Notes: a model not told the origin generated them from the letters alone. A stretch of DNA of 64,000 nt from Candidatus Latescibacterota bacterium (GCA_965200315.1 OZ241362.1:800001-864000); one strand, 5' to 3'. Positions 1 through 10,147 are shown, counted from the stretch's first letter. Made by a program: numbers and translations.

Positions 1-2
1 TC

Positions 3-164
3 GCCCATTTCGAATTCGAGTCTATCAGCGGGCTTGTACCCCCAATGTCCGTGCAGTTAGCTCGCTGCCTGCGACAACAAGGCCTAGCTTTGGCTGGCGA
101 CCCATTGACCCTAGAAGAAACCATCGATTGGCTCGCTCCACTCGTCGCCCTCTCCCATGTCTAA
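3..164 (+). CDS. 3' end of upstream gene, probably an ECF/ABC transporter ATPase (partial)
   Basis: Frame 3 open from the window edge: ...GLVPPMSVQLARCLRQQGLALAGDPLTLEETIDWL...*, resembling EcfA-type C-terminal tails; stop overlaps the pyrC start. Confidence 0.5.
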   Translation, partial: AHFEFESISGLVPPMSVQLARCLRQQGLALAGDPLTLEETIDWLAPLVALSHV

Positions 165-1455
165 ATTTTCTGCCGACTTGCTCGTCCGCCAAGGACGCCT
201 CATCGACCCGGCCAACGGCATCGATGGTCTAGGGGACATCCTCATCCGCCAAGGGAAAATAGTCGAGTCGGCCCCCAGCCTTCCACCTCCGCCAGACGTA
301 CCCGTCCTGACAGCCACCGGCTTGGTCGTCGCCCCGGGTTTTATCGACATTCACACTCACCTCCGCGAACCGGGCTACGAACACAAGGAAACGATTCACA
401 GTGGCACCGCCGCGGCCGCGGCCGGCGGCATTTGCGCGGTCGCCGCCATGCCCAATACCAACCCTCCCCCGGACAGCAGCGAGCACTTGCAGTTAATGCT
501 GGGGCGAGCGCAGACAGCCGTGGTACGCTACTATCCAATAGCCTGTGTAACAGTAGGTCGCCAAGGACGCGGTGCGCTCGCCCCCCTCGCGGAATTGGCC
601 GAATTGGGCGCGGTGGCCTTTTCCGACGACGGCGCCCCGGTCGAAGACGCGGGCCTGATGCGCCGCGCCCTCGAAATTGCCCGCGATCTCGACCGGCCCA
701 TCTTCCCGCACGAAGAGGTCAAGTCGCTTACGGCCGGCGGCTGTATGCACGCAGGTGAAGTGGCGGCGCACCTCGGTGTCAAGGGGATGCCAGCAGCAGG
801 TGAGGAGAAAATGGTCGCCCGCGATATAGGACTAGTCCGCCAGACCGGCGGCCCTTTGCACATCGCCCACATCAGCACGGTCGGCACCGCCCAATTGGTC
901 CGACGTGCCAAGGCCGAGGGCCTGCCCGTGACCTGCGAAGTACTGCCCCATCACTTCGCACTCACCGACCGCGAGGTCGAGCGCCAAGGCACGGCCGCTA
1001 AGATGAGCCCGCCGCTGCGCGAGGCCGCCGATGTCGAGGCCATGCTCGCCGGGCTAGCCGATGGCACCATAGAGGTCATTGCAACTGACCATGCGCCCCA
1101 TACGGACGCGGAAAAAGCCCAATCCCTAACCCAAGCTCCCATGGGCATTGTCGGCCTAGAGACAGCCGTCGGCCTCACCTTGACCCATTTGGTGGACCGC
1201 GTTCTGCCCTTGCACAAAGCCATTGCGTGCTGGACTTGCCACCCAGCGCATATCCTGCGCCTGCCCGGGGGCGCACTCACTCCAGGGATGCCTGGGGATC
1301 TAACCCTGCTCGACCTGACGCGCGAATGGGAGGTAGTCCCCGAGCACTTCCGCTCCAAATCGCGCAACACCCCCTTTGCTGGCTACTCTCTAACGGGCAA
1401 GGCCGTGGCCACCATCGTCGGCGGCCAGATCGTCTATAGCGAATTGGCCCCTTAA
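157..1455 (+). CDS. pyrC: Dihydroorotase (type I, amidohydrolase superfamily)
   Basis: PGFIDIHTHLREPG, AMPNTNP, KMSPPLR, IATDHAPH and SKSRNTPF motifs. Confidence 0.93.
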   Translation: MSKFSADLLVRQGRLIDPANGIDGLGDILIRQGKIVESAPSLPPPPDVPVLTATGLVVAPGFIDIHTHLREPGYEHKETIHSGTAAAAAGGICAVAAMPNTNPPPDSSEHLQLMLGRAQTAVVRYYPIACVTVGRQGRGALAPLAELAELGAVAFSDDGAPVEDAGLMRRALEIARDLDRPIFPHEEVKSLTAGGCMHAGEVAAHLGVKGMPAAGEEKMVARDIGLVRQTGGPLHIAHISTVGTAQLVRRAKAEGLPVTCEVLPHHFALTDREVERQGTAAKMSPPLREAADVEAMLAGLADGTIEVIATDHAPHTDAEKAQSLTQAPMGIVGLETAVGLTLTHLVDRVLPLHKAIACWTCHPAHILRLPGGALTPGMPGDLTLLDLTREWEVVPEHFRSKSRNTPFAGYSLTGKAVATIVGGQIVYSELAP

Positions 1456-2798
1456 TCAAGGGGCTTGAACGCGTCCGGCCAATGCTCAATTTTCGCATCG
1501 GCCGCGCACAGCCACACGGCAATCACGTCGAAGCGGCAGACCGAATCGGCTGTGGTGCAGTGTTGGATATAGTGCCGGGCAGCCCGCGTCAGACGCTGCC
1601 GCTTGGCGCGATCCACCCTTTGTTCGGGGCGAGAGTCGTGCTGAGTGGCCTTTACTTCGACAAAGACTAACTCGCCTTTCTCCTCGGCCACCAAGTCGAT
1701 CTCGCCTCCAGCGGCGCGATAGCGGCGTACCCAAATCCGATAACCCCGTTCTTCCAAATAGGCTGCGGCCGCCGCTTCGCCCCGCCGCCCGATGTCTCCT
1801 AGCTTGTCGCGCTGCTCCCGATAGGCCCCTCTCAGGGCCACTAGCTCGTCAGCCGCTAACTCGGCGGTGGCCTCTCTGACTAACTGTCCCAACCGCTCTA
1901 GTTCGGCGAGGTTGGCGCAGTCGTATATGCCCTCTTCAAAAGAAAGAAAAAGCTCCGAGCGCGGCTCGGCGACCCGTGCGGCCACCGGACCAAAACTGCG
2001 GCGATGCAGGGGGCAAGGGCCATGAGCGTCAAGCGCGGCTAAGTGCGCGGCACTGCCGTAACCTTTGTGCGCGGCAAACCCGTATTCGGGATAGCGGGCA
2101 TCGCATTCGCACATCAGGCGGTCGCGGTGTACTTTGGCCACGATTGAGGCCGCAGCAATCGACAGCGAGCGAGCGTCTCCGTCGATGATGGCTTGCTCGA
2201 GATAGGGGCTGCGCGCCGGCAGGTGTCCGTCGATCAGCACCCGGTCGGGCGGAGTGGACAAATTCTCCAGCGCCAAGCGCATGGCCTTGAGCGAGGCCTG
2301 CAGGATGTTCAACCTGTCGATCTCGGCGGCTTCAACTTGTCCAATTCCCACCGCTAGGGCCTTGGCCGCGATCTCCTTGTACAGAGCTTCGCGCTGGGTC
2401 CGCGACAGCTTTTTAGAATCGTCGATCTTGGCGATGACACAGGCCGGCGACAAGATGACCGCGGCGGCCACCACAGGCCCCGCCAAGCAACCGCGCCCCG
2501 CTTCATCGACGCCAGCTACTCGATGCACCCCCTGTGCCCAAAGGTGCCGTTCAAAGTGCAGGAGCCGCTCGCGCCGCTGAGACTCTGCCTGCTCCCGCGC
2601 ATCGCGCCGCCGCCGCTCAACCACCAAGCGCCGGACGCCAACGCGGCGATCCTTTTCGAGCACGGCCCAACCCGGATCGCCGCTTGCCCACTCCGCCACC
2701 TGTGCGCGTATCTGGGCAATCGTCATTTCGGCGAGTTTGGTCGCGGCATCCTGTTCGCAGGAACGGTTCATGCCGACAGCCATCTCATCTATTGACAT
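1452..2798 (-). CDS. rnhB: Ribonuclease HII fused to a C-terminal YraN (UPF0102) nuclease-like domain; start uncertain (2798/2783/2771)
   Basis: AGVDEAGRGCLAGPVVAAAV, DSKKL, SIAAASIVAKV, HKGYG, HRRSF, then GRRGE..AA.YL...GY, GEIDLV, LVFVEVK, RFDVI in a single frame. Confidence 0.9.
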   Translation of the reverse strand: MSIDEMAVGMNRSCEQDAATKLAEMTIAQIRAQVAEWASGDPGWAVLEKDRRVGVRRLVVERRRRDAREQAESQRRERLLHFERHLWAQGVHRVAGVDEAGRGCLAGPVVAAAVILSPACVIAKIDDSKKLSRTQREALYKEIAAKALAVGIGQVEAAEIDRLNILQASLKAMRLALENLSTPPDRVLIDGHLPARSPYLEQAIIDGDARSLSIAAASIVAKVHRDRLMCECDARYPEYGFAAHKGYGSAAHLAALDAHGPCPLHRRSFGPVAARVAEPRSELFLSFEEGIYDCANLAELERLGQLVREATAELAADELVALRGAYREQRDKLGDIGRRGEAAAAAYLEERGYRIWVRRYRAAGGEIDLVAEEKGELVFVEVKATQHDSRPEQRVDRAKRQRLTRAARHYIQHCTTADSVCRFDVIAVWLCAADAKIEHWPDAFKPLD

Positions 2799-2819
2799 TA
2801 GGTATCGACCTTGTATATT
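2792..2819 (+). promoter_or_regulatory. Putative sigma-70 promoter
   Basis: TTGACA-N16-TATATT upstream of RBS GAGGAG and ATG 2848. Confidence 0.5.
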
Positions 2820-2847
2820 TGCGAAAAGTTACCCAGAGGAGCCTTAA

Positions 2848-3432
2848 ATGAAGCACTACACGGCGTTAGTTGCCTGCTTTTGCCTCGTTTTGCAGCCCGT
2901 CATGGCCCTTGCAGAGCCGGAACCGTCACCTATCACCGGGGCAGATACCCGCCTCTATCTGGCCGATGGCAGCTTGGTGGAAGGCAATCTAATCGAAAAG
3001 GACCAAGATCTGGTCATCATGCGCGTCAACGACAAGATCTTCACTTTCGACAAGACCGAAATCGACAAAATTATCACCCTCGAATCGCTGGGTGGCGGGG
3101 CTCAAACAATCTCGGTGACCGAGTTCCCCTACATTAGTTTTCTCGGGGGAGCCCTTGCCTTCGGCCTGCTCTCTTGGCTGCAATTCGACCGGGCTTCCGA
3201 CAACGAAGCCGAAGCGGGCCTCAACCGCGAACACAACCAGCTCTCCCGCGCCCAAAAGCTCGACGACAAAGCCGACCGCGCCCGCCTCTACGGCTGGTCC
3301 ACCGCCGTTCTCGCCGCCGGCAGCTTTGGGGTGGCCCTGATCCCGCGCAAAACCACCCGCCGCGTCTTTCCCGAGCTCAGTTTCCACCACGGCGAGCCGC
3401 GCGTCGGCGTATCCTACGTCTATTCGTTTTGA
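2848..3432 (+). CDS. Hypothetical exported/membrane protein
   Basis: Signal peptide, two hydrophobic segments, C-terminal ..VSYVYSF; good RBS. Confidence 0.75.
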   Translation: MKHYTALVACFCLVLQPVMALAEPEPSPITGADTRLYLADGSLVEGNLIEKDQDLVIMRVNDKIFTFDKTEIDKIITLESLGGGAQTISVTEFPYISFLGGALAFGLLSWLQFDRASDNEAEAGLNREHNQLSRAQKLDDKADRARLYGWSTAVLAAGSFGVALIPRKTTRRVFPELSFHHGEPRVGVSYVYSF

Positions 3433-3884
3433 GCACCTCCCGCCTCCCTCAGATGATGCACCAAAGCCTCTAACCCAAGCACGTAGCTAAAACTGCCAAA
3501 CCCAGCGATTTGCCCGAGACAAACGGGCGCGATAACTGAGTGCTGGCGAAACGATTCCCGGGCGTGGACATTGGATAGATGCACCTCAATGGTCGGCAAC
3601 CCCTTGGCCGCCACGGCGTCGCGCAGGGCAAGGCTATAGTGGGTAAAGGCCCCCGGATTGAACAGCAGGCCCTGCTCTTGGGCTTCGTGCAGGGCGTCGA
3701 TTAGTGCGCCCTCGCTATTGGATTGGCGACAGCGCACCTGCACCCCGAGCCGCTGCGCGTGAGCTGCAATCAACGCGTCAATTGCGGCCAAGGTCTCCCG
3801 ACCATATACCTCGGGCTCGCGCGTTCCCAGCAAGTTGAGATTGGGGCCGTGTAGGACTAGGATACTAGTCAAATTGACCTCCAC
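3420..3884 (-). CDS. aroQ: Type II 3-dehydroquinate dehydratase
   Basis: [52 protein letters not shown]. Confidence 0.96.
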   Translation of the reverse strand: MEVNLTSILVLHGPNLNLLGTREPEVYGRETLAAIDALIAAHAQRLGVQVRCRQSNSEGALIDALHEAQEQGLLFNPGAFTHYSLALRDAVAAKGLPTIEVHLSNVHARESFRQHSVIAPVCLGQIAGFGSFSYVLGLEALVHHLREAGGAQNE

Positions 3885-4746
3885 TGTTTCGCGCGACCAC
3901 GCAGATCCACGCTTCTTTTGTCAAGATGGTATCGACCTCCAATTTAGCTTCTGTGACCCAGCGGCAAAAAGCCGCTTCTTCCCGCGCCAGCAACCCCGAA
4001 AACGCGATCCGGCCATCCGCGGCCAATAAGCCGCGCAAAGAGGCCAAAAGGGGCCGTAGTACATGGCTTTGGATGTTGGCCAAGACCAAGTCAAAGGGCC
4101 TTTCCGCAACGGCCTCCACTCCCCCTAGGCGCACTTCTACCTGCTCAGATCCGATGCGGTTGTGTGCCAAGTTTTCCCGCGCATTGGCCACGGCCTTCTC
4201 GTCGATATCCACGGCGAGCACCGGTCCGGCCCCCAACAGCGCGGCGGCAATGCTGAGAATGCCGCTGCCCGTCCCCAAATCCAAGCAGCGCGCTCCGGGG
4301 CGCAGGCAGCACTCCAACGCCCGCAAGCAAAGCTGGGTCGATTCGTGCCCACCCGTGCCAAAGGCCATTTGGGGGTCTATGCGCACGGCGATTTGGCCCT
4401 CGGCTAGCTCGACCGGAATCCACGAAGGATGAACGACGATCCTCTCGGTAGCCCACACCGCCGCAAAGAACCGCCGCCACTCAACCTCCCAATCCCGTTC
4501 CTCCACGCATTCGGTACCTATCGGCGACGCCAAACCGAGCGCGGCAAGTCTATGCGTCAGCTCGCGCCGAATCCCAGCCAAATCGCACATCGGCTCAGCA
4601 GCGAAGTACGCACTCAACTGCGTCCACTCCCCCGCTTCCTCAGCCTGAAGACCGCAGCTACCCAACTCGTACGCCCACGCACTCACGTCCTCAGCGCAGG
4701 CCGCAGGCACCGCTAGCCGCAAGCAGTGCCAAGCCCGCTTACTCAC
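3865..4746 (-). CDS. prmA: 50S ribosomal protein L11 methyltransferase
   Basis: [33 protein letters not shown]; located downstream of dnaJ. Confidence 0.93.
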   Translation of the reverse strand: MSKRAWHCLRLAVPAACAEDVSAWAYELGSCGLQAEEAGEWTQLSAYFAAEPMCDLAGIRRELTHRLAALGLASPIGTECVEERDWEVEWRRFFAAVWATERIVVHPSWIPVELAEGQIAVRIDPQMAFGTGGHESTQLCLRALECCLRPGARCLDLGTGSGILSIAAALLGAGPVLAVDIDEKAVANARENLAHNRIGSEQVEVRLGGVEAVAERPFDLVLANIQSHVLRPLLASLRGLLAADGRIAFSGLLAREEAAFCRWVTEAKLEVDTILTKEAWICVVARNSGGQFD

Positions 4747-5512
4747 TGGCCTCCAAGCGGCGCAACTGGGCGACTAGCCCCTCGCCAATGGCGGCGAACA
4801 GAGGGTCGGGAGCAGCTCGTCCTTCATCCCCACTTTGGCGAATTGCAGCCGACAGGGGCAGCGCCCCCAAGAAAGGCAACCCCAACCGCTCTGCGGCCTC
4901 GCGGCCGCCACCGCAGCCGAAAATCTCGTGGCGTTGGCCGCATTGGCTGCACAGGTAATAGCTCATGTTTTCGACGATCCCGAGGATATCCACCTCGACC
5001 TTGGAAAACATGGCAATGCCCCGCTCCACATCCTCCAGCGCCACGCTTTGCGGCGTAGTCACGATCAAGGCCCCGGAAAGAGCCACGGCTTGGCTCAAGG
5101 TAAGCGGCACATCTCCGGTGCCGGGCGGCAGATCGATCAATAAATAGTCGAGCGGCCCCCACTCTACTTGATGCAAAAACTGCTGCAACGCCCGAGCCAA
5201 GAGCGGTCCTCGCCAGACCACGGGCGCGTCCTTGCCGGCGATAAAACCAATCGACATCAGGGCTACTCCGGCCTTGTACACCGGGCGCATGGTGCCCTCC
5301 TGCCCGGTTGCGGGCTGCTGCCTGATACCCATCATCAAGGGAATGCTCGGGCCGTAGATGTCGGCGTCGAGCAGGCCGACGCGAGCCCCTTGAGACGCCA
5401 GACTCACGGCCAAGTTGATACTCACAGTCGATTTGCCCACGCCGCCCTTGGCACTGGCAATGGCGACGGTATGGCGCACTTGGGCTAAGGGGCCGGTTCG
5501 GGGAACGGACAA
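4739..5512 (-). CDS. mrp: Mrp/NBP35 (ApbC) Fe-S carrier ATPase
   Basis: SAKGGVGKST, DADIYGPSIP, WRGP, DLPPGTGD, VTTPQ, ENMSYYLCSQC. Confidence 0.92.
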   Translation of the reverse strand: MSVPRTGPLAQVRHTVAIASAKGGVGKSTVSINLAVSLASQGARVGLLDADIYGPSIPLMMGIRQQPATGQEGTMRPVYKAGVALMSIGFIAGKDAPVVWRGPLLARALQQFLHQVEWGPLDYLLIDLPPGTGDVPLTLSQAVALSGALIVTTPQSVALEDVERGIAMFSKVEVDILGIVENMSYYLCSQCGQRHEIFGCGGGREAAERLGLPFLGALPLSAAIRQSGDEGRAAPDPLFAAIGEGLVAQLRRLEASE

Positions 5513-5524
5513 GTGTACCTGCTC

Positions 5525-6670
5525 TTAGGAGTGGAAGGCTTTGCACACTTTGGCGAAGAAGCTCTCACCCTCTTGGGCCACGCGCACTTGTTCGAGCTCG
5601 GCTAGCTCGGTGAAAAGCTCGCGCTCGCGTCGGCTGAGGCCCTCGGGCGTCCACAAGACGACCTCGACTAGCTGGTCGCCAACACCGCGGCCGTTGACGT
5701 CCGGAATGCCTCGGCCACCCATGCGGAAGACGCGCCCGGATTGGGTGCCGGGGGGGATCTTCAACAGGGCTTTGCCGGCGGCCAAGGTCGGAACTTCTAC
5801 TTCTGCGCCTAGTGCAGCTTGGGCAAACCCCAAGGGCAATTGGTAGATGACGTGGTTGCCGTCGCGCGTGAAATAGTCGTGCTCTTTTTCTTCTATAAAA
5901 ACCAAGCAATCCCCGGGCGGCCCACCGCGCGGCCCGACTTCGCCTTGGCCGCGCAATGGAATGTAGTTGCCCTCTTGGACGCCAGCGGGAAAAGGCACCG
6001 TCAAGGTCGTCTGGCCGCGCTCGCGGCCCTCGCCGCGGCAGGCTGGACAGGGATTGGCCACAATGTGGCCCTCGCCTTCGCAGGCCGGACACGTCACCAC
6101 GGTCATCGACGGGCCAAAGAGGGTACGCGCCATCTGTTGCACTTGGCCCTGCCCACCGCAAGTGCTGCAGGTCTTGCGGCCCGCTCGACTAGCCGCACCG
6201 GTTCCATCGCAGCTTTTGCAGCGCTGCAAGCGCGTCAACGCGATGTTCTTTTTTATGCCAGTGGCGATCTCTTCTAGCGTCAAGGCCACCTTAATTTTCA
6301 AGTCGCGGCCCTTTGGCTTTACCGATCCTCCTCGCGCCTGCCGACGCCCGCCAAAGAAGCTCTCGAAAATATCGCCGAAAATGTCTTGAAAATCGCCCGC
6401 ATGCGTAAAATCCGACCACTGAAAGCCACCGCGACCGAAATCGCTCTCAACACCGGCGTGCCCATGGCGATCGTATGCGGCCTTCTTCTCGGGATCCGAA
6501 AGCACTTCGTATGCTTCGGATGCCTCCTTGAATTGCTCCTCGGCGGCCGCGTTTCCAGGATTGCGATCGGGATGGTACTTCAACGCCTTCTTGCGGTAGG
6601 CCCCTTTGATCGCGCTTTCGCTGGCGTCCCGCTCGAGGCCCAGTACTTCGTAATAGTCCCTTTTGGACAT
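5525..6670 (-). CDS. dnaJ: Chaperone DnaJ
   Basis: J domain with HPD, G/F-rich region, four CxxCxGxG zinc-finger repeats. Confidence 0.97.
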   Translation of the reverse strand: MSKRDYYEVLGLERDASESAIKGAYRKKALKYHPDRNPGNAAAEEQFKEASEAYEVLSDPEKKAAYDRHGHAGVESDFGRGGFQWSDFTHAGDFQDIFGDIFESFFGGRRQARGGSVKPKGRDLKIKVALTLEEIATGIKKNIALTRLQRCKSCDGTGAASRAGRKTCSTCGGQGQVQQMARTLFGPSMTVVTCPACEGEGHIVANPCPACRGEGRERGQTTLTVPFPAGVQEGNYIPLRGQGEVGPRGGPPGDCLVFIEEKEHDYFTRDGNHVIYQLPLGFAQAALGAEVEVPTLAAGKALLKIPPGTQSGRVFRMGGRGIPDVNGRGVGDQLVEVVLWTPEGLSRRERELFTELAELEQVRVAQEGESFFAKVCKAFHS

Positions 6671-6678
6671 TCAGTTCC

Positions 6679-7332
6679 TCAGCTCTCTGCGCTCGCCTTG
6701 CTGACGACGACGCGCGCGTAACGAACTACCTTGTCGTTGAGTTTGTAGCCCTTCTCCATCTCCTCAATGACCGTACCAGGAGCGTGCTCGTCGTCTGGGA
6801 CTTCGGCTAGGGCCTCGTGGACTTCGGGGTCAAAAGGCTGGCCCAGCGCCTCGATCTCGGCTAGTCCATAGCCTTTGAGAACATCGTTGAACTGGCCACA
6901 GATCAATTCGACGCCCTGCTTGAGCAACTCGGCTTCTTGGGTCTCCTGACGAAGGGCGCGGCGCAAGTTGTCCAAGACGGGCGCGACTTGCAACAAGATA
7001 TCGCGCAATATCTCATCCCGCGTTTCCGCACGCATCCGCACCGTGCGCTTGCGGTAGTTATCCAACTCGGCGACCGCCCGCACATAGCGGTCGTAATTAG
7101 CCGCTACCTCGGCGCGAGCTGCTTCAAGTTCGGCCAGCCCGTCGGCCTCATCGGCCGCTTCGTCCTGTGATTCTGCTGCTGTTTCCTGCGACTCCGCTGC
7201 TACTGCTTTTTGCGGCTCGGTCGCTTCTTGTTCGCATGGCTCCGCCGCTTCGTCCTGCGATTCGACGGAACCCTCCGCGCTCGCCTCGTCCACCGCGACA
7301 TGGTCCTGAGTTTCGCGCTCGCTCATCGACAC
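6679..7332 (-). CDS. grpE: Nucleotide exchange factor GrpE
   Basis: AELDNYRKR, PVLDNLRRA, FDPEVHEAL, KGYKLNDKVVR; acidic N-terminus with repeated ESQDEAA. Confidence 0.95.
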   Translation of the reverse strand: MSMSERETQDHVAVDEASAEGSVESQDEAAEPCEQEATEPQKAVAAESQETAAESQDEAADEADGLAELEAARAEVAANYDRYVRAVAELDNYRKRTVRMRAETRDEILRDILLQVAPVLDNLRRALRQETQEAELLKQGVELICGQFNDVLKGYGLAEIEALGQPFDPEVHEALAEVPDDEHAPGTVIEEMEKGYKLNDKVVRYARVVVSKASAES

Positions 7333-7373
7333 TCCTTACTGCTTGACTGTGAATAGATTGGGACAAAAACTCA

Positions 7374-8408
7374 TTAACAGATCAAATTTGCCGCTCGGGA
7401 GGCCGCGCAATTGACCAAGTTCACCAAGGACCTATAGGGCATGCGCGTCGGGCCGATTACGCCGATTACGCCGATTACGCCTTTGGCTCCGGTAACCTCG
7501 TAGCTAGCTGTCACCATACTGCATCGCCCCATCGCCCGCGGCCGGTGCTCGGAACCAATGGTGATGACCACGCCGCGCCGCTCGCTCATAAGCTGGGCGA
7601 GGAGATCCTTTTTCTCCACTAAATCGACCAAACCAGCCACGTGGCTCGGATCGTCAAATTCGGGCTTTAGGCAAAGATTGCGGGTCCCCGAGACGTGGAG
7701 ATCGGCACCACGCGTGGTAGCCAAGCCTTCGATCTGACCTACGACGGCCTCCACCACCGGCCGCGGAACTGACCCCAACTCGGCCATCCGCGCCTCGACC
7801 ACGTGTTGGATTTCAGCCATCGTCAACCCGTGCAAGCGCTCGTTAAAAAGCCGGCTCAGGGCCTCTAAATCGCGCTGCGACACCGCGCAATCTACCTCAA
7901 TCATCAAGCTCTTTGTCAGACCTTCACGGATCGTGACGTCGAGCAACAAGCGGCGCTGCCCCAAGTGCCAAAGATCCAGCTTGTGAAAGATGCTCTGATT
8001 GAAGCGCGGGGCCAAAACCAACCCGAGTTGGTTCGACAGGTCGCCGATGGTCCTCGCCATTTGATGCAGGATCTCCTCGTAATCGCCCTCCTGTTGTGCG
8101 GCCTCTAGCTGCTGCCGCAGGGTGATCTCAGCCTCGTCCAAGCCAGTATCTGCCGTTGCCATGCAGCGCTGCACGTAGAATCGGTAGCCTTTTTCAGAGG
8201 GAATGCGGCCCGCCGAGACATGGGGCTGGGAGACGTAGCCTTTTTCTTCTAGAGAGACTAAGGTGTTGCGTATGGTAGCCGAACTGACGCCCAAGTCCTC
8301 GCGCTGGTTCAACGTCTGTGAGCCAACCGGAACGCCAAGGGCAACGTGGGCTTTGACCAAGGCAAGTAGAACTTGGATTTCGCGTTTGGATAGTGGGCTA
8401 GTGGCCAT
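7374..8408 (-). CDS. hrcA: Heat-inducible transcription repressor HrcA (start placed at ATG 8408)
   Basis: PVGSQTL, SSATIRN, QPHVSAGRIPSEKGYRFYV, IGPTRMPY; directly upstream of grpE. Confidence 0.92.
   Translation of the reverse strand: MATSPLSKREIQVLLALVKAHVALGVPVGSQTLNQREDLGVSSATIRNTLVSLEEKGYVSQPHVSAGRIPSEKGYRFYVQRCMATADTGLDEAEITLRQQLEAAQQEGDYEEILHQMARTIGDLSNQLGLVLAPRFNQSIFHKLDLWHLGQRRLLLDVTIREGLTKSLMIEVDCAVSQRDLEALSRLFNERLHGLTMAEIQHVVEARMAELGSVPRPVVEAVVGQIEGLATTRGADLHVSGTRNLCLKPEFDDPSHVAGLVDLVEKKDLLAQLMSERRGVVITIGSEHRPRAMGRCSMVTASYEVTGAKGVIGVIGVIGPTRMPYRSLVNLVNCAASRAANLIC
7452..7481. repeat. 9-bp tandem repeat (GCCGATTAC x3) within hrcA
   Basis: Direct reading; encodes GVIGVIGVIG on the minus strand. 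Confidence 0.9.
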
Positions 8409-8464
8409 GGCCGGAAAGCATCTCCAGCGGTATAAACGCCAGATAAATACTGAGTCTTTGAGAA

Positions 8465-8492
8465 ATAATAAAGGCCGCCGATTGCTTGTCAA
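8465..8492 (-). promoter_or_regulatory. Putative sigma-70 promoter of the hrcA-grpE-dnaJ operon
   Basis: Minus strand TTGACA (8492-8487)-N16-TATTAT (8470-8465). Confidence 0.6.
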
Positions 8493-8511
8493 GGCTCGCC
8501 TACCAGCTTGC

Positions 8512-8540
8512 TTGACAGCCAATTTACAGGATCGTACTAT
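8512..8540 (+). promoter_or_regulatory. Putative sigma-70 promoter of glnA
   Basis: TTGACA-N17-TACTAT. Confidence 0.7.
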
Positions 8541-8599
8541 TAAACCCTTTAATTTTTTTACCACCCTAAAGCATTGTTCGACCGAGAAAGGACGCTCTC

Positions 8600-10057
8600 A
8601 TGGCGAAAGCCAAGGCGAAAGCCAAACCAAAGTCATCCGGCTCCAGCGCGGTGGAGTCGGCGCTGGCCTTAGCCGGCGACCAGCGCGCACAGATGGTCGA
8701 TTTCAAGTTCGTCGATCTGCCCGGCACCTGGCAGCACTTCACCATGCCCATACGCCACTTAGACGCCGCCGTGTTCCAAGACGGCCTCGGCTTCGACGGC
8801 TCCTCCATTCGCGGCTGGCAGGCCATCGACGAATCGGACATGCTCGTCCTGCCCGATCCCACCACCGCCTTGATGGACCCGTTCACCGAGGTGCCGACCC
8901 TGTCGTTGGTCTGCTCCATTGAAGACCCCATCACCCGCCAGCCCTATGCGCGCGATCCCCGCGGCGTCGCCCAGCGCGCCCAAGCCTACCTGTTGCGCAC
9001 CCAACTGGCCGACACGGCCTTTTTCGGACCGGAAGCGGAGTTTTTCGTCTTCGACAACATCCGCTTCGACCAGCAAGCCCATTTGGGGTTCTACGAGATC
9101 GACTCGGTGGAAGGCCGCTGGAACAGCGGCTCGGACGAAGGCCCCAACTTAGGCTACAAGCCCGACTACAAGGGCGGCTACTTCCCCGTGCCGCCGGCCG
9201 ACTCCCAGCAAGACCTGCGCACCCAAATGGTGCAGACGATGCTCGCCTGCGGCATCGACGTGGAGCTTCACCACCACGAGGTGGGCACCGCCGGCCAAGG
9301 CGAGATCGACATTCGCTTTTGTCCGCTGCTTATTTGCGGCGACCGGATGATGCTGTACAAATACATCGTCAAGAACGTGGCGCGGCAGCACGGCAAGACG
9401 GCCACGTTCATGCCCAAGCCGCTGTTTGAAGACAACGGCACGGGTATGCACACCCACCAGAGCCTGTGGCAGGGCGACCAACCGCTGTTTGCTGGCAGCG
9501 GCTATGCGGGGCTGAGCCCGATGGCGTTGCACTACATCGGCGGGCTGTTGCAGCACGCGCCGGCGCTGTTGGCGTTCACCAATCCGACGACGAACTCCTA
9601 CAAGCGGCTGGTGCCGGGCTACGAAGCGCCGGTGAACTTGGCCTATTCGCAGCGCAACCGCAGTGCGTCGGTGCGCATTCCGATGTATTCGCCTTCGCCC
9701 AAGAGCAAGCGGGTGGAGTTCCGCTGTCCCGACCCGTCGTGCAACATCTACTTGGCGTTGTCGGCGATGCTGATGGCAGGGTTGGACGGGATTGAGCGTC
9801 AGTTGGATCCGGGCGAGCCGTTGGACAAGAATCTGTATGATTTGTCGGCCGAGGAGCGAGCGGACGTGCCGCAGACGGCGGCCTCGTTGGAGGCGTCGTT
9901 GGAAAACTTGGAGCAGGATCGGGACTTTCTGTTGCAGGGCGATGTGTTCTCCGACGACCTCCTCGATGCCTGGATCGACTACAAGCGCACCGAGGAGGTC
10001 GACCCCATCCGATTGCGGCCACATCCCTACGAATTCGCACTATACTACGACGTGTAA
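8600..10057 (+). CDS. glnA: Type I glutamine synthetase
   Basis: [62 protein letters not shown] adenylylation-type motif. Confidence 0.98.
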   Translation: MAKAKAKAKPKSSGSSAVESALALAGDQRAQMVDFKFVDLPGTWQHFTMPIRHLDAAVFQDGLGFDGSSIRGWQAIDESDMLVLPDPTTALMDPFTEVPTLSLVCSIEDPITRQPYARDPRGVAQRAQAYLLRTQLADTAFFGPEAEFFVFDNIRFDQQAHLGFYEIDSVEGRWNSGSDEGPNLGYKPDYKGGYFPVPPADSQQDLRTQMVQTMLACGIDVELHHHEVGTAGQGEIDIRFCPLLICGDRMMLYKYIVKNVARQHGKTATFMPKPLFEDNGTGMHTHQSLWQGDQPLFAGSGYAGLSPMALHYIGGLLQHAPALLAFTNPTTNSYKRLVPGYEAPVNLAYSQRNRSASVRIPMYSPSPKSKRVEFRCPDPSCNIYLALSAMLMAGLDGIERQLDPGEPLDKNLYDLSAEERADVPQTAASLEASLENLEQDRDFLLQGDVFSDDLLDAWIDYKRTEEVDPIRLRPHPYEFALYYDV

Positions 10058-10083
10058 ACAACTGCTAACTGCGGGTACTCGGG

Positions 10084-10120
10084 GCAAGGGAAGATTTCCA
10101 CTGGAGGAGTCTTCCCTTGC
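10084..10120 (+). terminator. Stem-loop after glnA (terminator or mRNA stabiliser)
   Basis: GCAAGGGAAGA...TCTTCCCTTGC perfect 11-bp stem; weak U tail. Confidence 0.6.
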
Positions 10121-10147
10121 TCTATATACATCCTACGGCCCCATCCC

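Noticed and set aside
8513-8528. GlnR/TnrA-like box upstream of glnA
   Set aside because: TGACA-N6-TTACA does not fit TGTNA-N7-TNACA and coincides with the -35 box.
9149-10024. 291-aa antisense ORF to glnA (and similar shadow ORFs at 37328, 53907, 56540, 60438, 62015)
   Set aside because: Expected in GC-rich DNA opposite real genes; no motifs or RBS.
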